A stretch of DNA of 64,000 nt from NCBI GenBank assembly GCA_041665485.1, contig JBAYIT010000002.1, positions 5,867 through 69,866 of the forward strand. The letters run 5' to 3'. The notes under the pieces were generated by a model, which saw only the letters and a program-made list of their open reading frames with translations, did no database searches and was not told the origin of the DNA. Numbering within the stretch: the first letter of the stretch is position 1; each line of letters begins with the position of its first letter. This DNA is from Candidatus Shapirobacteria bacterium (lineage in GTDB: Bacteria > Patescibacteriota > Microgenomatia > UBA12405). The position numbers and the translations under genes were made by a program. Below, one piece after another: positions 38,271-48,699 of the stretch.

Positions 38271-39461
38271 ATGAAACTCAATATCCTTTTTATAATTAAC
38301 GGTCTTGGTTTTTCAAAAAATACCGGTATTGGTGGGTCTGATAAAAGAGCCATTGAGATTGTTAGAAATGCAAAGTTGCTTTATCCAAGCTCTAATTTCG
38401 ATATTATGACCACTGAATCCGGTTATGCCATCTTCTCCCAACAAGAAAAACTAGAAACCAACTATAACATTATTAAAAGACCTAAATGGTGGCCGAGAAT
38501 TTTTGAAAAAACCCTATTGGGAAGATTATTTTCCTACTTTTACTGCACCATTTTCGCCACACACAAGATTATTAACCTTAAAAAATACGATATCGTTTTT
38601 TCCACCAGTGATTTTTTCTTCGATATTATCCCAGCAACCATCTCTAAAACAGTCAACCACCAAAAAATCGTAGCAATGATTCATCATCACATCGCCAGCC
38701 CCTTAAAGCGAAAAGGCGACTTATTGGTCAATATTTTTAATTTCTTATCTCAACAGTTTAGTTATTGGTGGATTAAAAACAATTTTGATTCTGTTTTTTT
38801 ATACAACACTCAAGAAGGTAGACACATCTCCCACTTACTTCTTGGTAGTAAAAAGATCACATTTTATTTTACCGAAAACGGTATAGATAGAGAAAAAATT
38901 GACAACGTTAAAAGTAAATTTAAAAAATACGACGCCTGCTTTGTTGGTGGAATAAGATATAGCAAAGGAATTTTGGACATATTGAACATATGGGAAATAG
39001 TCATTAAAAATTTTCCAAAATCAAAGATCGCCATTGTTGGTGGCGGAAGCAATGAAATAATTAAAAAGTTCAAATCAGAAATTATAATACGAAACTTGAC
39101 CAAAAACGTCTATTTGACTGGACCTCAAAGTAATCAAGAAACAATCTCAATAATGAAACAAAGCAAAATATTTCTCTTTCCCAGCCATGAAGAAGGGTGG
39201 GGGATTGCCCTGAATGAGGCATTGTACTGTGGTCTTCCGACAGTCTGTTACAATCTTCCTGCCTTTTCCATATTTAAGAAATTTCTTTACACTTCAAAAA
39301 TTGGTCACTGGCAAAAATTAGCATCTCACATGATTAAACTTCTCAATTCCAATGTCAATAAATCCAAATCCACTCAATCAATAAAATTTGCCAGTAAGTT
39401 TAACTGGAAGAGTATTACCGTCAAAGACATTAATTTTATTAATTCAATTAATCGTGGATAA
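38271..39461 (+). CDS. GT4 glycosyltransferase
   Basis: IGGSD, NGID, KGILD, PSHEEGWGIALNEA. Confidence 0.9.
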   Translation: MKLNILFIINGLGFSKNTGIGGSDKRAIEIVRNAKLLYPSSNFDIMTTESGYAIFSQQEKLETNYNIIKRPKWWPRIFEKTLLGRLFSYFYCTIFATHKIINLKKYDIVFSTSDFFFDIIPATISKTVNHQKIVAMIHHHIASPLKRKGDLLVNIFNFLSQQFSYWWIKNNFDSVFLYNTQEGRHISHLLLGSKKITFYFTENGIDREKIDNVKSKFKKYDACFVGGIRYSKGILDILNIWEIVIKNFPKSKIAIVGGGSNEIIKKFKSEIIIRNLTKNVYLTGPQSNQETISIMKQSKIFLFPSHEEGWGIALNEALYCGLPTVCYNLPAFSIFKKFLYTSKIGHWQKLASHMIKLLNSNVNKSKSTQSIKFASKFNWKSITVKDINFINSINRG

Positions 39462-40182
39462 TAAAAAGTTTGAATACGACTATTTCCACAAAGAAACTCA
39501 CAGTAACTACCGTGGTTATCACTATCGAGATGTCTATCCCGCCTTCAATTCATATGCCCATATTCTCGTTGGTATGTTAAACCCTAAAAAGATGCTTGAT
39601 ATTGGTTGTGCTAAAGGATACCTGGTTCTCGCTTTCCATAGATTGAAGGTCGATGCCTACGGAGTCGATATCTCTCGTTATGCTATAACCCATGGCCATC
39701 CTGCTATTAAATCCAAAATTAGGGTTCACAATATCGAAACAAAAAAATTACCCTATCCTGATGGTTATTTTGACCTTGTAACCTCATGTGAAGTAATTGA
39801 GCATGTTGTTAAACACAAGCTTGTTTTTAAGGAAATAAAGCGAGTCTTATCTCCCAACGGCATTGTTTTTTTAACTACTCCAGTTAAAAATATTTTAAAT
39901 AAAGACGGTGTCCCAGCCGACAAAACCCACGTCAGTGTTTTTCCCAGAAAAAAATGGCTAAAAATGTTTGATCAAATTTCATTGAAATCAATCAGTGGAC
40001 TTCGCTATCTCAAACTATCTCTAAATCTCACCAATACTATGTATCAAAACCCTGCCAAAAGCAATCTCGGCCAATTTTTGGAAAAATTGGGAGTAATTGG
40101 CCGAAAATTAAGATTTCTAATCCTATTTTATGATGTTTTTTTTCATTATCAAACTGATGTCTTTCTTCTTAAAAAAAGCTAA
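39454..40182 (+). CDS. Class I SAM-dependent methyltransferase
   Basis: LDIGCAKG, GVDIS, EVIEH, DKTH. GTG 39454 is the likely coupled start. Confidence 0.85.
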   Translation: MDNKKFEYDYFHKETHSNYRGYHYRDVYPAFNSYAHILVGMLNPKKMLDIGCAKGYLVLAFHRLKVDAYGVDISRYAITHGHPAIKSKIRVHNIETKKLPYPDGYFDLVTSCEVIEHVVKHKLVFKEIKRVLSPNGIVFLTTPVKNILNKDGVPADKTHVSVFPRKKWLKMFDQISLKSISGLRYLKLSLNLTNTMYQNPAKSNLGQFLEKLGVIGRKLRFLILFYDVFFHYQTDVFLLKKS

Positions 40183-41318
40183 TTGCCCACCACCTTTTTA
40201 TAGACTTCCAGAGTTTGTTCAGCAAACCTTTGCCAAGAGAAACATTTCGCTCTTTTGATACTTTTTTTTATCATCTCTCTTCTTTTTTCTCCTTTTAAAT
40301 TAAGGATTTTATTCAATTCTTCCGCCATTTGGTTAGTGTCGTTTGGATCAACTAAAACAGCGGCATCCTTTACGACCTCTTTCATTGCCCCACAGTTACT
40401 TGTTATTACCGGACAACCACATGCCATCGATTCAACCAGAGGAAGTCCAAAACCTTCTTCAAATGAAGGGAAAAACATCACATCAGCCGCCGAATAATAT
40501 TTTGCCACTTCTTTTTCGGAAAAACTCTCTCGGTAAATAACTTTATTGTTCAAACGATGCTTCTTAAGCATGTTACCAATTTCACTAGTTTTATTTCCTA
40601 AACGGATTAAAACAACTTCATCATCCAGATCATATTTTTTCTTTAATATCGCCAATGCCTCAACCACACCAAGCACATTTTTTCTCGCCAATTCATTGCC
40701 AACATGAAGCACAATTTTCTTGCTTTTTGCTAGTTTCAATTCATCTCTAGCTCTATTTTTTGGATATGGCTTAAAAATCTCATGATTAACTCCGCTATAT
40801 ACAACACTTATCTTTTTCGGGTCAACACTTAATATTTTTATAGCTTCGCACTTGGTATATTCCGACACGCAAATAACTGCGTCCGCCTTTTTCAAGCGAA
40901 GAATACTCATTCTTATTAACCGACCATAAATTCCATCAAGAAATTTGTTACCTAACTTATCATGATATTTAAACTGTAGCACGTCAAACAAGGTCACCAC
41001 ATTGGGTCGATAATAATCGACCAAAAACCCCAACATCTGATTAGTAATATGATAAACATCATATCCCTTAGGAAGCCTAAATCTATCCACAAAATAAATT
41101 AAAAACCGGGAGATATTCGGGTGATCAAAATAGGCAAACTTTTGTAAAAAGTTAACCCCTTTATTTTCCACCCAGCCTAGCTCCCCCTTTTTTATTACAT
41201 GCGTACAAAATAAGTCAGCCTTCACTTTATCTATTTTTTTAAACATCATCCATAAAGCATAGGCGTTTCTTCCTGCACCGGAATATGGGGGAAAATTATT
41301 AATCAAGCACACTTTCAT
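40179..41318 (-). CDS. GT4 glycosyltransferase
   Basis: SGAGR, VSEYTK, HVGN..RKN, EGFGLPLVESMACG. Confidence 0.9.
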   Translation of the reverse strand: MKVCLINNFPPYSGAGRNAYALWMMFKKIDKVKADLFCTHVIKKGELGWVENKGVNFLQKFAYFDHPNISRFLIYFVDRFRLPKGYDVYHITNQMLGFLVDYYRPNVVTLFDVLQFKYHDKLGNKFLDGIYGRLIRMSILRLKKADAVICVSEYTKCEAIKILSVDPKKISVVYSGVNHEIFKPYPKNRARDELKLAKSKKIVLHVGNELARKNVLGVVEALAILKKKYDLDDEVVLIRLGNKTSEIGNMLKKHRLNNKVIYRESFSEKEVAKYYSAADVMFFPSFEEGFGLPLVESMACGCPVITSNCGAMKEVVKDAAVLVDPNDTNQMAEELNKILNLKGEKRREMIKKSIKRAKCFSWQRFAEQTLEVYKKVVGN

Positions 41319-41320
41319 AA

Positions 41321-42757
41321 TCAAAGATTGAGCCTTAACTTTAACTTCAATAAAACAAAATTAATCAAACGCTTAATCGGTCCAATTTTTATCATCCTAA
41401 AAATAACCTTAGTTAAAAAAGTTTTGTATATCAACCAAGACAGCAAAAAAGCTATTGCCAAACCGCCCAGCTTTCTCGTCATATCCCTTCTTTTTAATTC
41501 CATATTTACCCAACTTCCCAAAACTAATGCCTTTTTCCTCTCTTCGGCAGTAAAATCCTTTGTTTCAAAAATAGGCACAAATTCCAAATGGGCAATTGTG
41601 TTCAAATAATTATTCGGTTGTAATATAAATAGGCCATTATCTGTCACCCATTTAAACAATTCTGTCCCGGGAAATGGAATAAGATTATAAAAAGTTGCCG
41701 TACTTATTGGATATTTCAGCGCAAAGTCGATTGACTTTTTAAATGTTTTCGTCGTTTCTCCGGGCAAACCGACTATAAAAAACAACGATACCTCTAAGCC
41801 GACTTTCAACGCCATCTTAACCGCTTTTTCAATCTGCTTGTTCGTTTCACCCTTCTTAACTCTTACTAACACTTCTGAATCGAAAGTCTCCACTCCAAAG
41901 GCAATCGCTTTAAAGCCAACGTCTTTCATTCTCTTTAATAATTCCTCGGTAGACAAATCAGCCCTAATCCCATTACCGCATTGCATAAACAAGTCTTTCA
42001 TTTTAGCCTTTTCAATCAAATCAAAAAGTCTGTAGACTCTTTCTTTATTTACGGTAAAATTGTCGTCCTGAAAGTCAAAATCTCTATAACCAATGTCATA
42101 CCAGTATTTCAATTCGGAAAAAATATTTTCTGCAGAACGAAAACGATACCGTTTTCCCATAACCGTCGAAATTGGACAAAATATACACTGATAGGGGCAT
42201 CCTCGCGAAGAAATTATTGGCACCCTTTTCCGGGTATACTGGCTCATATCTACATTTTTATATTTTGGAAACGGGATTAAATCAAGTTCCTCGATAATCA
42301 TCGGCTGATTTATCTTCAATTTCTTATTCTGTCTATAAATTAGGCCATCAATCTGTTTTAGTGGTTTGCCTTTACAAAATTCAACTAAAGAGATTTCTGC
42401 CTCATTCATAAATCCATAGTCAGCCCCACTTTCTTTTACTGCCACTTCTTTTAAGGTCGAAACATGAGGACCACCAACAGCAATGGGTTTATCAAATTGT
42501 TTAAGAAAACCAACTATTTCATACGCTAAATTATGATAATAGGTCATCACCGTCACCCCAAATAAATCTGGTTTAAACTCTTCAATTGTTCTTCTCAGTA
42601 TTTCATAGCCATTACCCAATCGGAAATCCACCACTCGACTTTCAATTCCATTAACCTCAAGACTCTGTGATAAATAACCGATACCAGTATGAGGATGTGT
42701 CGGTAATCCATACCTATTTGGAAACGGTGGTATACAAAATAGAACTTTCTTAATCAT
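41321..42757 (-). CDS. B12-binding-domain (class B-like) radical SAM protein
   Basis: PHTGIGYL, GGPHVS, SRGCPYQCIFC, QDDNF, RAD, GVE, GLPGET, PFPGT. Confidence 0.9.
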   Translation of the reverse strand: MIKKVLFCIPPFPNRYGLPTHPHTGIGYLSQSLEVNGIESRVVDFRLGNGYEILRRTIEEFKPDLFGVTVMTYYHNLAYEIVGFLKQFDKPIAVGGPHVSTLKEVAVKESGADYGFMNEAEISLVEFCKGKPLKQIDGLIYRQNKKLKINQPMIIEELDLIPFPKYKNVDMSQYTRKRVPIISSRGCPYQCIFCPISTVMGKRYRFRSAENIFSELKYWYDIGYRDFDFQDDNFTVNKERVYRLFDLIEKAKMKDLFMQCGNGIRADLSTEELLKRMKDVGFKAIAFGVETFDSEVLVRVKKGETNKQIEKAVKMALKVGLEVSLFFIVGLPGETTKTFKKSIDFALKYPISTATFYNLIPFPGTELFKWVTDNGLFILQPNNYLNTIAHLEFVPIFETKDFTAEERKKALVLGSWVNMELKRRDMTRKLGGLAIAFLLSWLIYKTFLTKVIFRMIKIGPIKRLINFVLLKLKLRLNL

Positions 42758-43868
42758 TTTTAATCACCTCTAAATATTCTTTTTCATACAATCTAATTTG
42801 TTTTTCCCAATCAAACATCAAAGATCTTTTCTTTGAATTGTTTGCCAATGTTTTTCTTAAATTACCATCACCAACAACCTCAATTAACTTATTTGTCAGA
42901 TCAACACTATCGCTCTTTCTAAAAAATAATCCGCTGTCAGCCACAACTTCCGGGCAAGCATCAACATCTGTTGCCACTATCGGCAATCCCGCCGCCATCG
43001 CTTCAATAAAAACTATTCCAAACCACTCTTCTTTACTGGTCAATAAAAAAAGATTGGCAACGCCATAGTAATACGGCAGTTCATCATCAGTCACGAAACC
43101 TAACATCTTTACGGTCGATCTCAATTTCCTTTTTTTAATTTCTATCTCGATCTCCCCCTTTGATATCCCGGTTCCCGCAATCATAAACTTTATCTTTCCA
43201 TTAATTTTTCTAATTCGATCGGCCGCTTTTATTAGGGTTAAAAGGTCCTTTCTCGGTTCGAGTCGGCAAACCGTTAAAATCATAAATTCGCCCTTCTTAA
43301 CCAACTTTGATCTTAAAGTCCCCAATCTCTCTTTATCTAAAACAAATTTTTTAAAATCAATCCCGATATAAATCAGTTTTGAAACTAAACCGTGCCTTTG
43401 TTTGTAAATCATAGCTTCATACTTTGAAATAGCGATTCTTTGATTGGCAAATTTCGCCGCTTGAGCCTCCATCGGTGTATACCCCTCTAATATAAAGATA
43501 AATGGCACACCAAATAACCATCGATAAAGCCTTGCTATTACAGCTTCTGTAACAAAATGAACTGAAATAACATCATATCTTTCACCGCCTAGTTTCAATT
43601 TTAACAGCATAATCATCGATTTAAACATGAAAAGTAAAGTATAAAAATATACCCGCCAGTCGTTATATGAATGATCTGTTTCCCTATAACTTTTACTAAT
43701 TCTTATAACTTTGATTGCCTTATCTAAGTCAGTCAACCTCTCGCCCTCTCTCGTCAATATTGTTATTGTATGCCCTAATTGACTAAAACGCTTTGCTAAC
43801 TCCAACAGATGCGTTTCTGTACCGCCACCATGAACCCCCACCCAACGATGAAAAAATAGAACTTTCAT
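42750..43868 (-). CDS. GT4 glycosyltransferase
   Basis: GGGTETH, VCRLEPRK, EWFGIVFIEAMAAG. Confidence 0.9.
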   Translation of the reverse strand: MKVLFFHRWVGVHGGGTETHLLELAKRFSQLGHTITILTREGERLTDLDKAIKVIRISKSYRETDHSYNDWRVYFYTLLFMFKSMIMLLKLKLGGERYDVISVHFVTEAVIARLYRWLFGVPFIFILEGYTPMEAQAAKFANQRIAISKYEAMIYKQRHGLVSKLIYIGIDFKKFVLDKERLGTLRSKLVKKGEFMILTVCRLEPRKDLLTLIKAADRIRKINGKIKFMIAGTGISKGEIEIEIKKRKLRSTVKMLGFVTDDELPYYYGVANLFLLTSKEEWFGIVFIEAMAAGLPIVATDVDACPEVVADSGLFFRKSDSVDLTNKLIEVVGDGNLRKTLANNSKKRSLMFDWEKQIRLYEKEYLEVIKND

Positions 43869-44827
43869 GTTTTAAATATTCCCTCCACATATCCGGTAAT
43901 ACCTTTAAGTTGTGAAACATCTTTTTTAGACACAGCCGAATACATCCAATAAACATTAAGCACTAAAATATTCAAGACAGCTCCCAATAAAGATCTTAAA
44001 CTTTTTGGTCGTAAATGCTTTCGGTGAAATATGCCGGTGTCTTTACCTATGTAATAGGCGTTTCTTGATGGTCCGATTCTTACCATATGTTTTACTTTTA
44101 TTTTAGGAGAAAAAATGAGCTTGTATTCAGCTTGCTTAATTCTCAAGAACAAATCTCCGTCAGCATGGTTAAAATTATATATCTCATCAAAGCCGCCAAG
44201 CTCATCTAACACCTCTCTTTTAATTCCCATGCTTGTCGTTGTCAATAAATCTATTTCAGCTCGAGAAAAATTAATCGATTCTGGCAAGGCTGTCCCAAAC
44301 GAATACGCTCCACTACCAAAGTACTTTCCCGGTACCGTAGGACAATTTTCCATTGCTAGATAAATATACGGACCAATAAACATTTTTCCCAGTACACTGG
44401 ATCTCATTTTTAAATATAAACTATGCATTTCACCGGTTGGGTAACAACTAGAAATTACTGGCCCACTAACAGCTGCAATTCTCTCATTCTTATCTAATTC
44501 AATCTTGATATTTTTTAACCAATCTTTGTCAGCCACTGCATCATCAGCCAAAAAAGCAACATATTCAGTTTTTACTTCCTTCCATCCTATGTTGAACAAA
44601 ACTGATAATCTTTTTATCGAGCAGACCACCACTTTCACCTCAATTTTATTCAAAAACAATTTAACAATCTTCTCAACACCAATCTGATTAACATTATTTT
44701 CAACCAAAACCACTTTAAAATTCCGATAACTCTGTTGCGCCAATGAATCCAGACATTTTTCCAAGTCAACACCTCTATAATTGTGTGGATAGGTATTAAC
44801 CACTACGGTAATCATTTCTTTAGTCAT
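43865..44827 (-). CDS. GT2 glycosyltransferase
   Basis: CLDSLAQQ, FLADDA, LGGFDE, HADGD. Confidence 0.85.
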   Translation of the reverse strand: MTKEMITVVVNTYPHNYRGVDLEKCLDSLAQQSYRNFKVVLVENNVNQIGVEKIVKLFLNKIEVKVVVCSIKRLSVLFNIGWKEVKTEYVAFLADDAVADKDWLKNIKIELDKNERIAAVSGPVISSCYPTGEMHSLYLKMRSSVLGKMFIGPYIYLAMENCPTVPGKYFGSGAYSFGTALPESINFSRAEIDLLTTTSMGIKREVLDELGGFDEIYNFNHADGDLFLRIKQAEYKLIFSPKIKVKHMVRIGPSRNAYYIGKDTGIFHRKHLRPKSLRSLLGAVLNILVLNVYWMYSAVSKKDVSQLKGITGYVEGIFKT

Positions 44828-45980
44828 TTTTTAAGGCCTTTTGATACACGTCAACAGTTTTCTGTCCGACTACTTGCCAACCTCTTTTCCTAGCCGTTTT
44901 CAATGCCCCATTCTCTAGTTTCTCTTTCAACCCTTTCTCCAACACTAAACGATTCATTACGTTGGTTAAACTTTCTATGTTTCCAGATTGGCAATACAGA
45001 CCACTAACACCATCTTCAATCTCTTCCGACAACGTTCCGATCTTAGCTACCACCACCGCCTTCCCAAAACCCAATGCTATTGACAGAGGCAAGCTCGAAG
45101 AGATTGATCGCGTATATGGGAAAACTACAAAATTGGCCTTTTCGTAAAATTTATCTATTTCTTTCTGGCTCAAAAAACCGGTAAAGACAACTTTGTTCTT
45201 TAACTTTAACCTCGCCACCACCATTCTAAGATGCTTCATGTAGTCCTCATAACCACTTAAAACTCCGCCAGCAATTACTAATCGGGCCCTCGGACTGATT
45301 TTCAAATGTTTCTCGAAAGCAATTATAAGTTCATCCAAACCTTTTCTTTCCAGTACATAGCCAAAAAATAAAACCAAATGATTTTTAATTTTACCGCATT
45401 TTCTTTCTTCTATTCCTATTGTTACAACACTGACGCGACTTCTCATCCCATAGTCTCTTTGGCAAACCTCTTTCGTATAGTTCGAGTGGACAATAACCAT
45501 ATTTGATAATCTCCAAACCAATCCAAAAAAAACCCTGAAACTCAAGCCAACCACCACAGGATTACCTTTAATTTTCATCATTTTTAAAAAATCAGCATCA
45601 ATTTCCCTTATCGATGGAATAGCGTGAATTGTCACCACCACTTTTTTGCCAGAAATTCTTAATAACAAAATTGCCATAGGAAGAGTAAACAAACCAAGAA
45701 GTCTGCCGTACATATTAAATTCGTGTTGAAAATGAACCAGCTCGACTTTTTCTTCTAATGCTTTCTTCAAAATTAAAAACGGAAACAAAAAATTGTTTTG
45801 CCAAAAAACAACGATCTTTTTATCCTTTTCCTTCTTTGCGTAGTCAACATTTTCTAGGCAGTAATCAACCCATAACCGAGGATTACTTCCACTATCTACC
45901 AATCCCTTATACAAATATCTTGTATAGTGAGTTTCCGGTTGAATCGTCGAAACAATCGCAACTTTTACCTCTTTTTTCAT
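44820..45980 (-). CDS. GT4 glycosyltransferase
   Basis: HFQHEF, FFGYVLERKG, FPY...SSSLPL, EEIEDG. Confidence 0.85.
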   Translation of the reverse strand: MKKEVKVAIVSTIQPETHYTRYLYKGLVDSGSNPRLWVDYCLENVDYAKKEKDKKIVVFWQNNFLFPFLILKKALEEKVELVHFQHEFNMYGRLLGLFTLPMAILLLRISGKKVVVTIHAIPSIREIDADFLKMMKIKGNPVVVGLSFRVFFGLVWRLSNMVIVHSNYTKEVCQRDYGMRSRVSVVTIGIEERKCGKIKNHLVLFFGYVLERKGLDELIIAFEKHLKISPRARLVIAGGVLSGYEDYMKHLRMVVARLKLKNKVVFTGFLSQKEIDKFYEKANFVVFPYTRSISSSLPLSIALGFGKAVVVAKIGTLSEEIEDGVSGLYCQSGNIESLTNVMNRLVLEKGLKEKLENGALKTARKRGWQVVGQKTVDVYQKALKND

Positions 45981-47674
45981 AATTTATTGAGCGCTTCTCT
46001 GGCCGGAGAATAGTTTGGCACTGCTTGCAATATATAGTTAAAAATCTTTTTAGCTTCTTCATTGTTGCCTGCCTCCGCCTGAACTACCCCCATTACATAA
46101 ATTGCCTGTAAACTATTTGGTTGTAATTCTACTATTTTTTTGGCATGAACTAAAGCTAAATCAATCCTTTTTTCCGTCAAATCAATTTGAGTTAATGATA
46201 AATATGTTTGAAACATTGCCGGATTAAGGCTCAAAGCTGTTTGATAACTCTCTCTGGCCAAGTCTAATCTTCCGGTTTTAAAAAATATATTCGCTCGATT
46301 GTGATATGCATCAGCATAATTTGGTTTAACCAATACCGATTGAGTAAAACCCCTAACAGCATTGTCATATTGCCCTAATTTGTCGTAGTCATCACCGATG
46401 TTATTCCATGCATTGTGAGAGTTTGGAGACACCTGACAGGTATTAACCCAAAGGTTGTGGTTAGTTTGCCAATCAATATTTCGATAGAAGGTTCTAATGC
46501 TATAAACAGACAGTATAACTACCAAAAAAAAGGGGCCCAACTTTACAAAACCATCTATAATCGAATCAAACAGATACCCCAACAACAAAGCTACTCCGGT
46601 CGACCCAAGAAAAATGTATCTTTCCGCCACCAACCAACTGACTTTTATTGGTGCCATTGAAGAAGCTGTTGCCGCAAAAATGAAAGCTAAACAAAAAAAT
46701 ATTTTTTTGTTCTTCCAGAAAAAATACACCAAAGACACCAAGTAAGTAATTAATATGGACCAGTTTAACCAAACTGGAAAAATATACATTGTATGATAAA
46801 GCGTTAAATCAGCCGGAAACAAAGCAATTTGGAGATACTTAGCTGCAGCCGTCGGATATTGAAAAAGCGGATTATAAAAAATTTCACCAGAACCGTTAGT
46901 TCCTGAATTAACTTCGTTTATTCTATTAAAAATGTCATTTTTCAGCATTAGAAAAAGAATCGACCCAACTAAAAAGATCAAGATCAAGTACCACTTAATA
47001 AACAATCCTTTACTAATATTTTTTGACAAGGTCAAGACGTATATTGGCAAAATCAAGAATATGGCCAAGGAACGAACCGGTTCAAAATATGTTGCCACAG
47101 GAAGAAAGGCAAAAAAGTAATAAAGGTATTTCTTATTCTTTGTTGCATCATAAGCAGCAAAGAATAACAATAAAGCAAACATCCCAATCGCATTTAGCAA
47201 ATACGGTTTGCCTGAAATCCAAGAAACAGCTTCTACATGAACAGGTAAAACAGAAAACATTAAAACAGATATTTTTGCCACGTTTTTTCCGAAAGAAATA
47301 TTGGCAAAAATAAAAAACAGTAAAATCGACAATAAATACAAAGCAGTATTAGCAAAGTGAAAAGGGAAACTACTACCAACACCAAAAATCATAGCGATAA
47401 TGGCGTTTATTACTGATGGAGAACTTCTAAAACTTGAAAAAAGAATTGACAAATCTTTCACGTTTGAATTCTGAGTTATCGCCGCATAATCATCCGACAC
47501 AAAGTTGCCATTCAGCGAATTAAAATACAGTAAAAACACACCAACACACAAAGCCAACAAAAACTTCCAGTTTTCTTTAATAATCCCTCTAATTCCTAAA
47601 AAAGATTCGACCGGTCTGTCCACAATTTTTAAAACTTCTGCTCTTTTTATTCGTTTCAACCTCTTCTGTGACAT
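45977..47674 (-). CDS. TMTC-like (GT105-type) GT-C glycosyltransferase with C-terminal TPR repeats
   Basis: FVSDD...I..N, FHFAN, PVHVEAVSWISG, FPADL, AERYIFL, RNIDW...LW, followed by about four TPRs. Confidence 0.8.
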   Translation of the reverse strand: MSQKRLKRIKRAEVLKIVDRPVESFLGIRGIIKENWKFLLALCVGVFLLYFNSLNGNFVSDDYAAITQNSNVKDLSILFSSFRSSPSVINAIIAMIFGVGSSFPFHFANTALYLLSILLFFIFANISFGKNVAKISVLMFSVLPVHVEAVSWISGKPYLLNAIGMFALLLFFAAYDATKNKKYLYYFFAFLPVATYFEPVRSLAIFLILPIYVLTLSKNISKGLFIKWYLILIFLVGSILFLMLKNDIFNRINEVNSGTNGSGEIFYNPLFQYPTAAAKYLQIALFPADLTLYHTMYIFPVWLNWSILITYLVSLVYFFWKNKKIFFCLAFIFAATASSMAPIKVSWLVAERYIFLGSTGVALLLGYLFDSIIDGFVKLGPFFLVVILSVYSIRTFYRNIDWQTNHNLWVNTCQVSPNSHNAWNNIGDDYDKLGQYDNAVRGFTQSVLVKPNYADAYHNRANIFFKTGRLDLARESYQTALSLNPAMFQTYLSLTQIDLTEKRIDLALVHAKKIVELQPNSLQAIYVMGVVQAEAGNNEEAKKIFNYILQAVPNYSPAREALNKL

Positions 47675-47680
47675 ATCAAA

Positions 47681-47689
47681 ATTCTATCA
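47681..47689 (-). promoter_or_regulatory. Putative extended -10 element (TGATAGAAT), leaderless
   Basis: 6 nt upstream of the minus-strand ATG at 47674. Confidence 0.6.
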
Positions 47690-47693
47690 TCTC

Positions 47694-48683
47694 CTAGCCG
47701 CCTACAACCACCTTAATCAGTGACAATCTCTTCAACATGAGAACCAATAATACCGATAACCCCCAGGCCATTAACCATTGGCTAACAATCCACCAAAAAG
47801 TCATTCCAACTCCCATAAAAGAATTTTTCTGTTTTAAAACCAAATCAGTTATCAATGGGTGAATTAAGTAAACCCCAAACGAAACTTCACCCAACACCTT
47901 AACTAGTCGGCCAAGTTTATTCTTTTTCAAATTTTTAATTGCTAAAAACACCGCCACTGCCTGCAATCCAACCCATGGCCAAAGTCTATCGAAGGCTATC
48001 TGGCCCCCATCAGTTGCCCCATGCAAATATAAAGCATGACTATTCACTGCAAACATTAACAAACCTAGAGCAACTACCACCAACAAATATATTTTTCTTA
48101 TCTTTATCTTTTCCAATAAATTGCCAAGTAAATAATATCCAATATAAGGCACAAAAATTACTATCGGCCAATCAGCTTTTCGCCACCAGGCCAAATAATA
48201 TCCAAGAATATAAATAAAACAAAACGTTAACGACACCACTAAAGCAAATTTTTTGTTTTTAATTATTCTTAAGATTGGCGTCACTGCATACAATCCCAAC
48301 GCCACCATCAAATAATATAAATGGTAATAAGTTTGCGAATACTTCCAAAAAGTTTCTAATCCAGACACTAAACTTCCTCGGTTAAAAACTAGAAAATAAA
48401 ATATATTCCAAAAAATCAATGCCGGCAATATTCTCCCCATCCTTTTTCTTAAAAACACCTTACCACCTTCCCACCTGTAGCTTTTTCCCAAAAATATTGC
48501 CCCCGAAATCATGATAAACAATGGCACCACAAAGCGCGTCATTGATGAAACCAACAGCCCCATTAGTACTGATCCTCTGTCTGAAAATTGATAGTTATTA
48601 ATCACCTTGGCGCAGATGTGCAATAGCACCGCTGCCCCACTTGCCACCACCCTCAACCAATCATAATTTTCTCTCTCTTCCAT
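47694..48683 (-). CDS. Acyltransferase-3 family membrane O-acyltransferase (WecH/OafA-like)
   Basis: DWLR...VLLH, RFVVPLFIMISG, RMGRILP, YHLYY, SFGVYLIHP. Confidence 0.9.
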   Translation of the reverse strand: MEERENYDWLRVVASGAAVLLHICAKVINNYQFSDRGSVLMGLLVSSMTRFVVPLFIMISGAIFLGKSYRWEGGKVFLRKRMGRILPALIFWNIFYFLVFNRGSLVSGLETFWKYSQTYYHLYYLMVALGLYAVTPILRIIKNKKFALVVSLTFCFIYILGYYLAWWRKADWPIVIFVPYIGYYLLGNLLEKIKIRKIYLLVVVALGLLMFAVNSHALYLHGATDGGQIAFDRLWPWVGLQAVAVFLAIKNLKKNKLGRLVKVLGEVSFGVYLIHPLITDLVLKQKNSFMGVGMTFWWIVSQWLMAWGLSVLLVLMLKRLSLIKVVVGG

Positions 48684-48689
48684 CCCAAA

Positions 48690-48699
48690 ATGCTATCAT
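48690..48699. promoter_or_regulatory. Putative bidirectional extended -10 element (ATGCTATCAT)
   Basis: Reads TGCTATCAT on + and TGATAGCAT on -, each 6 nt before the respective start codon. Confidence 0.65.
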
